A stretch of 64,000 nucleotides of DNA, taken from assembly GCA_963840455.1 (NCBI GenBank), contig CAWIYV010000013.1, positions 1-64,000 on the forward strand, given 5' to 3'. The DNA is from Nitrospirota bacterium. GTDB taxonomy: Bacteria; Nitrospirota; UBA9217. The notes below the pieces were generated by a model that saw only the letters and a list, made by a program, of their open reading frames with translations, was not told where the DNA came from and did not search any database. Below are positions 58,722-64,000 of this stretch, piece after piece (position 1 is the first letter of the stretch; each line of letters begins with the position of its first letter). Both the position numbers and the translations under genes were made by a program.

Positions 58722-60179
58722 GTGAACGACAAGCCCGTCATCATCCCCAGGACAGAACATCCCATCTCCCGCAAGTGGATCAGCCCCAACGCAGTCCGGG
58801 TCCTCTACCGCCTCAAGGAATCGGGGCATCTTGCCTACCTTGTCGGCGGCGGTGTGCGCGATCTGCTCCTCGGACGCGAGCCCAAGGACTTCGATATCGC
58901 CACGGACGCCAGCCCCAACGAGGTGAAGAAGATCTTCCGGAACTGCAGGCTCATCGGCAGGCGGTTCCGCCTCGCCCACATCCACTTCCATGATGAGATC
59001 ATCGAGGTCGCCACGTTCCGCTCCAACATCACCGACGAGCCGGAGGCACCGGCAGCATCCGGAGCCGTCGCCGTCGCGCCGGAACCGCCCGCACCCGCGC
59101 CCGGGGGGCAATCGACGCCCGTGTCGGCCGAAGCTGCTGTTACCGCGCGGCCCCGTCCGCCCCGCATGCTCAAGACCGAGGAAGGCATGATCCTCCGGGA
59201 CAACGTCTTCGGCACGCCGGAACAGGACGCGATCCGCAGGGACTTCACCGTGAACGCCCTGTTCTACAGCATCGCCGACTATTCGGTCATCGATTACGTG
59301 AACGGCATGGAGGACATCCGGAGGGGCCTCATCCGCATCATCGGCGATCCCGTGGTCCGGTTCACCGAGGACCCGGTGCGCATGGTGCGCGCCGTGCGGT
59401 TCGCGGCCCTGCTGGGCTTCGAGATCGAGGCGAAAACATACGTAGCCCTGCTGGAGCACAAGGATAAGATCGCCCTGGCGTCGCCGGCGCGGATGTACGA
59501 GGAGGTGCAGAAGCTCTTCCTGCTTGGCGAGGGAGAGAAGACCTTCCAGGTGCTGCGCCACACCGGCATGTTCGGCGTGTTGTTCCCGCACATCAACGCG
59601 TGGATCGACTCCGAGGAAGGCGGTTTTCCGCACACCTGGGTGGGCAAGGCGCTCGAGTGGGTGGACACGTGCGTGCAGGCGGGCAGGAAGGTGGAGCCGC
59701 ACATCCTGTTCAGCCTCATGTTCGGACAGTATATCGAGGAGAAGTGGACGCGGCTCCGGGACTCCGGCATGGTCCCGCTCGACGCGTTGGACAAGGCTGT
59801 CGCGGAGTTCCTCGGCGAGGTTGTCCCCCGCGTGCAGATCCCGCGCAAGGCCGCGCTCGCGATCCGGGATATCCTTTGGAACCAGGGACGGTTCGAGAAG
59901 ACCCAGGGCAAGGCGCCGCTGTATTTCCTGCGGCGTCCCGGTTTCAGCGGCACCTTCGAGTACCTCCGGTTCACGAGCGAGCTCACCGGCGAGCGGCTCG
60001 AGCTCCGGGCCTGGTGGAAGGACTTCATCCGGTCCCATCCGGAGGTGCCGGGAGAGGCCCCGCTGCCCGCACCAGCGAAGGGCCCGGCCCGGCCGGCCCA
60101 GTCGAAACGGCCGGACGAACGGAAGCGGCGCAGACGGCCGCGCAGAAGAGGGCCAAAGCCGGGAGCACCTCAGGCCTGA
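58722..60179 (+). CDS. pcnB: Poly(A) polymerase I
   Basis: GGGVRD...KDFDIAT, PAP signature LIGRRFRLAHIHF, RRDFTVN and EDPVRM; Arg-rich tail. Confidence 0.92.
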   Translation: MNDKPVIIPRTEHPISRKWISPNAVRVLYRLKESGHLAYLVGGGVRDLLLGREPKDFDIATDASPNEVKKIFRNCRLIGRRFRLAHIHFHDEIIEVATFRSNITDEPEAPAASGAVAVAPEPPAPAPGGQSTPVSAEAAVTARPRPPRMLKTEEGMILRDNVFGTPEQDAIRRDFTVNALFYSIADYSVIDYVNGMEDIRRGLIRIIGDPVVRFTEDPVRMVRAVRFAALLGFEIEAKTYVALLEHKDKIALASPARMYEEVQKLFLLGEGEKTFQVLRHTGMFGVLFPHINAWIDSEEGGFPHTWVGKALEWVDTCVQAGRKVEPHILFSLMFGQYIEEKWTRLRDSGMVPLDALDKAVAEFLGEVVPRVQIPRKAALAIRDILWNQGRFEKTQGKAPLYFLRRPGFSGTFEYLRFTSELTGERLELRAWWKDFIRSHPEVPGEAPLPAPAKGPARPAQSKRPDERKRRRRPRRRGPKPGAPQA

Positions 60180-60369
60180 TCCCTCGACTCAGGATCAAGA
60201 ACGTTGGACCGCTATGGCCAAAAAGAGGGCCACGCTGACGCGCAAAGAGCGCCAAGAACAGCTTCAGCGGTCTATTCGAGAGTTAAGATTTCCTTCGCGA
60301 TCTTCGCGCCTTCGCAGTAGAAGCCGTACCCTTTTGAATCTTGAATCTTGAATTTTTATTGTGACCCTC

Positions 60370-61110
60370 ATGTCCAAGCCCCCCCGATTCTTCATAGCTC
60401 CCGACCAGGTCCGCGATCCCTCCATTTCGATCATGGGTGAAGATGTGCGCCATATCCGCACGGTCCTCAGGAAAGGGCCGGGAGACCAGCTCATCCTGCT
60501 GGACGGACAAGGCAGGGAATATACCGTCAGGATCACGATGATAGAACGATCGAAGATCGACACCGAGATCATCGACCGGAAGGAGCGGACGACCGCTCCC
60601 CCCGTCGTCATCCTGGGGCAGGGCCTGCCCAAGTCCGACAAGATGGACTGGATCGTACAGAAGTCCACGGAGCTGGGCGTGTCCGCCATCGTACCGCTTG
60701 TCACCGAGCGGACGGTCGTGAAGATCAGAGATGAGGAGAAACGCGTCGCCCGCTGGCAGAAGATCTGCCGCGAAGCAGCCATGCAGAGCGACCGGCCGGA
60801 CATCCCGATGGTCGAGGCTGTCCGGCCATTCGGCGAATTCGTCGGGACCCTGGCCCCTGGCCCCCAGACACTGCTTCTTTTTCCCTGGGAAGAGGGGACG
60901 CAGCCCATCAAAGTGGTCCTTCGGAGGACGCAGGGCATCGAGAAGGTCATCGTTCTCATCGGGCCCGAGGGCGGGTTCTCGCAGGCAGAGGCGGACCTTG
61001 CGGAAAAAAAAGGGTTCCACCTCATCAGCCTCGGTCCGAACATTCTGCGCACCGAGACCGCCGCAGTGGCGGTGCTCAGCATGGTCCTCTATGAAACAAG
61101 CACCACATAG
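60370..61110 (+). CDS. rsmE: 16S rRNA m3U1498 methyltransferase
   Basis: HIRTVLR, QKSTELGV, IGPEGGF and LGPNILRTETA motifs. Confidence 0.95.
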   Translation: MSKPPRFFIAPDQVRDPSISIMGEDVRHIRTVLRKGPGDQLILLDGQGREYTVRITMIERSKIDTEIIDRKERTTAPPVVILGQGLPKSDKMDWIVQKSTELGVSAIVPLVTERTVVKIRDEEKRVARWQKICREAAMQSDRPDIPMVEAVRPFGEFVGTLAPGPQTLLLFPWEEGTQPIKVVLRRTQGIEKVIVLIGPEGGFSQAEADLAEKKGFHLISLGPNILRTETAAVAVLSMVLYETSTT

Positions 61111-61276
61111 CAGATCCCAAATTATCAAGAATGCTCAAAGGACAATACGTTTGGAGATTATTTTGGACAGGGAAATTGAGATTGGACCTTCCGTTCCGGT
61201 ATTTCCCTTGACACTACAATATAGGGGATGTTAATATCAAGGCCTTGTCGATACGGGGGAAAGGACGTTTAGCTCC

Positions 61277-61732
61277 ATGAAACTGGCCATTGGCGCGGAC
61301 CACGGCGGCTACGTGTTGAAGAAAGAGGTCGTCGACTTCCTCAGCAAGATCAAGAACATCGAGGTCGTTGACTACGGGACATCGGGTCCGGAGTCCGTGG
61401 ATTATCCTGACTTCGGCAAGAAGGTGTCCGAGGCCGTATCGAACGGCACCGCGGACCGGGGCATCCTCATCTGCGGCACTGGCATCGGCATGTCCATCGT
61501 CGCCAACCGCTTCCCCAGGGTGCGGGCCGCGCTCTGCCACGACAACTTCACGGCACGGATGAGCCGCCTGCACAATGACGCCAACGTCCTGGTGATGGGC
61601 GAACGGGTCATCGGCAGGGGGGTGGCCCTCGACATCGTCAAGACATGGCTCGAGACCGAGTTCGAGGGGAGCCGGCACCAGCGCCGTCTCGAAAAGATCG
61701 AGCAGATCGAGAAGTCCCTCACGTCGAAATAA
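61277..61732 (+). CDS. rpiB: Ribose-5-phosphate isomerase B
   Basis: DHGG, DYPD, CGTGIGM and HNDANVL motifs. Confidence 0.97.
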   Translation: MKLAIGADHGGYVLKKEVVDFLSKIKNIEVVDYGTSGPESVDYPDFGKKVSEAVSNGTADRGILICGTGIGMSIVANRFPRVRAALCHDNFTARMSRLHNDANVLVMGERVIGRGVALDIVKTWLETEFEGSRHQRRLEKIEQIEKSLTSK

Positions 61733-61750
61733 CCGTAAAAGACTGTTTTA

Positions 61751-61834
61751 CCGCTGAGCACGCGGAGCTCGCGGAAAAAAAAGGTTATTATTCTTATTAC
61801 CGAAAAAACTCTGCGTCCTCTGCGGTCTCAGCGG
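61751..61834. repeat. REP-like inverted pair (CGCGGAG/CTCTGCG type)
   Basis: ccgctgagcacgcggagctcgcgga ... tctgcgtcctctgcggtctcagcgg. Confidence 0.7.
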
Positions 61835-61878
61835 CAACGCCGGGTTGGTAATTTTAAAGAGAGTAAAAGGATAGCATC

Positions 61879-63132
61879 ATGTCAGAGCTGCAGGATACGG
61901 ACGTCGAGGTCTACAACGCCATCAGGAGCGAGGAACAGCGCGAGCTCACCAAGATCCTTCTGATCGCGTCGGAGAACTGCGTGAGCAAGGCGGTCCTGGA
62001 GGCGCAGGGATCGGTGTTCACGAACAAGTACGCGGAAGGGTATCCCAACCGGCGCTACTACGGCGGCTGCGAGTTCGCCGACAGGGTGGAATCCCTGGCC
62101 ATCGAGCGGGCGAGGCGGCTCTTCGGCTGCGAGCACGTGAACGTCCAGCCGCACTCCGGCTCGTCAGCGAATATGGCGGTCTATTTCAGCGTGCTCCAGC
62201 CGGGCGACGCCATCCTCGGCATGGCACTGCCTCACGGCGGCCACCTGACCCACGGCGCATCCGTGAGCTTCTCGGGCCAGCTCTACAAGTCCTTTTCTTA
62301 CCCCGTGGACAAGAAGACCGAACTGCTCGACTATGACGAGGTGGAGCGGCTCGCCTTGGAGCACAAGCCCAAGATGATCGTGGCGGGCTATAGCGCCTAT
62401 TCGCGGGCCATCGACTTCGGCCGGTTCCGGAGGATCGCAGACAAGGTCGGCGCCTACCTCATGGCCGACATCGCCCATATCGCCGGCCTCGTTGCCGCGG
62501 GCGAGCACCCGAGCCCGGTGCCCCATGCCGATTTCGTGACCACGACCACGCACAAGACGCTGCGCGGTCCGCGCGGAGGCATGATCATGTGCAAGGAGAA
62601 GTTCGCGAAGGCCGTGGACAAGGTCATCTTCCCCGGCATCCAGGGAGGACCGCTGGTGCACGTCATCGCTGCCAAGGCCGTTTCTTTCAAGGAAGCGCTC
62701 ATGCCGGAGTTCAGGGACTATCAGCGCCAGGTCGTGAAGAACGCGAAGGCGCTGGCGAAGCGTTTGGCCGAGGACGGCTTCCGCATCGTCTCGGGCGGCA
62801 CGGACAACCACCTCATGCTCGTGGACCTGACACCCAAGAACATAACGGGCCGCGACGCCGAGATCGCCCTCGACGCAGCAGGGATCACGGTGAACAAGAA
62901 CAGCATCCCCTATGACCAGAAGCCGCCGGTCACCACAAGCGGCATCCGGCTCGGCACGCCCCTGGTCACCACGCGCGGCATGCGCGAACCGGAGATGAAG
63001 ATCGTCGGCGATCTCATCTGCGATGCGTTGGCGAACATCAGCGACGCCGAGAAACTGGCGGCCATCAAGCAGCGTACGAAGGAGTTCTGCGGCAAATACC
63101 CCATGTTCGCGATGGACAAGGTCAGTGCCTAA
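61879..63132 (+). CDS. glyA: Serine hydroxymethyltransferase
   Basis: [14 protein letters not shown] and [13 protein letters not shown] motifs. Confidence 0.98.
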   Translation: MSELQDTDVEVYNAIRSEEQRELTKILLIASENCVSKAVLEAQGSVFTNKYAEGYPNRRYYGGCEFADRVESLAIERARRLFGCEHVNVQPHSGSSANMAVYFSVLQPGDAILGMALPHGGHLTHGASVSFSGQLYKSFSYPVDKKTELLDYDEVERLALEHKPKMIVAGYSAYSRAIDFGRFRRIADKVGAYLMADIAHIAGLVAAGEHPSPVPHADFVTTTTHKTLRGPRGGMIMCKEKFAKAVDKVIFPGIQGGPLVHVIAAKAVSFKEALMPEFRDYQRQVVKNAKALAKRLAEDGFRIVSGGTDNHLMLVDLTPKNITGRDAEIALDAAGITVNKNSIPYDQKPPVTTSGIRLGTPLVTTRGMREPEMKIVGDLICDALANISDAEKLAAIKQRTKEFCGKYPMFAMDKVSA

Positions 63133-63589
63133 ACACGAGCGTCCCTCGTGGGACGAATACTTCATGGAGATCGCGCACCTGGTGAAGAAGCGCGCCACGT
63201 GCCTCCGCCGCCAGGTGGGCGCGGTGCTGGTGAAGGACAAGAACATCCTGGCAACGGGGTACAACGGCACGCCGTCAGGCATCGAACACTGCCTCACCCG
63301 CGGCTGCCTCCGGGAACAGCTCGGCATTCCCTCGGGCGAGCGCCACGAGATCTGCCGGGGCCTCCACGCCGAGCAGAACGCCATCATCCAGGCGGCCAAG
63401 CACGGCACGAACATCGAGGGCGCGACCCTCTACTGTACGAACCAGCCCTGCGGCATCTGCGCCAAGATGATCATCAACGCGGGCATCAAGAAGCTCATCT
63501 TCGATGACGGGTATCCCGACCAGCTCGCAGCCGAGATGATCAAGGAATCGGGGCTCGAGGTGGTGCAATACAAGAAGGCCAGTTCATAG
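63125..63589 (+). CDS. dCMP deaminase family protein (ComEB-like)
   Basis: [16 protein letters not shown] and PCGIC motifs; GTG start overlaps the glyA stop. Confidence 0.9.
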   Translation: MPKHERPSWDEYFMEIAHLVKKRATCLRRQVGAVLVKDKNILATGYNGTPSGIEHCLTRGCLREQLGIPSGERHEICRGLHAEQNAIIQAAKHGTNIEGATLYCTNQPCGICAKMIINAGIKKLIFDDGYPDQLAAEMIKESGLEVVQYKKASS

Positions 63590-63651
63590 CTGATAGCTCA
63601 TCGTCACTGCAGTTGCTATGACCTGTGAGCCAGGAGCAAAGAGCTAAAATC

Positions 63652-64000
63652 ATGCGCTGCCCCTACTGCACCAGCATCGACAACAAAGTGGTTGACTCCC
63701 GGTTGGGGAAGGAAGGCGAAACCATCCGCCGGAGGCGAGAGTGCCTCAAGTGCGAAGGCCGCTTCACCACCTACGAGCGCGTCGAGGAGGTCCTGCCCTC
63801 GGTCATCAAGAAGGACGGCCGGCGCGAGCCTTACGACCGCATGAAGATCCTGAGCGGCCTCACGAAGGCCTGCGAAAAACGCCCCATCAGTGTCGAGGTC
63901 CTCGAGAAGTGCGTCGACAATATTGAGAAATCCATGCAGGAAAAGGGCTTCAAGGAGATCCCGAGCAAGGCCATCGGCGAAGAAGTGATGAACCAGCTCC
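63652..64000 (+). CDS. nrdR: Transcriptional repressor NrdR (runs off the window end)
   Basis: MRCPYC...VVDSR...[16 protein letters not shown] followed by an ATP-cone. Confidence 0.95.
   Translation, partial: MRCPYCTSIDNKVVDSRLGKEGETIRRRRECLKCEGRFTTYERVEEVLPSVIKKDGRREPYDRMKILSGLTKACEKRPISVEVLEKCVDNIEKSMQEKGFKEIPSKAIGEEVMNQL

Noticed and set aside
59035-59165. Pro/Ala-rich insertion in PcnB as a mobile insert or intein
   Set aside because: Low-complexity loop with no intein motifs or DNA palindrome

Overview
A GC-rich (roughly 60%) bacterial chromosomal segment. Gene content (hcp, Sec-formate dehydrogenase, DUF362, pcnB, rpiB-glyA-deaminase-nrdR) suggests an anaerobic or microaerophilic Nitrospirota/Desulfobacterota-like organism; this is inference. 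It carries about 57 protein genes and a tRNA-Leu(CAG). Main genes: a selenocysteine-recoded FdnG-FdnH-NrfD-FdhE operon with a SECIS hairpin, a dihaem cytochrome c peroxidase, plant-type thrC-metB, a fused and divergent transketolase, hcp with a CRP/FNR-type box, a RuBisCO-like protein, and an envelope lipoprotein cluster. The most unusual content is intergenic. (1) A ~110-bp two-hairpin non-autonomous element occurs in about 10 full or partial copies; it inserts 3' of TGAA without target duplication, and both filled and empty sites are visible in the window. (2) A family of 170-190-bp rod-like palindromic modules shows compensatory base changes and is assembled into mosaics, two of which flank dinG. 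(3) An integrase-less integron cassette has a 59-bp attC and sits behind a duplicated promoter/attI-like leader. (4) A Gly-rich lipoprotein gene is bounded by a duplication of the hrpB 3' end. (5) A REP-like palindrome forms the in-frame linker of the fused transketolase.
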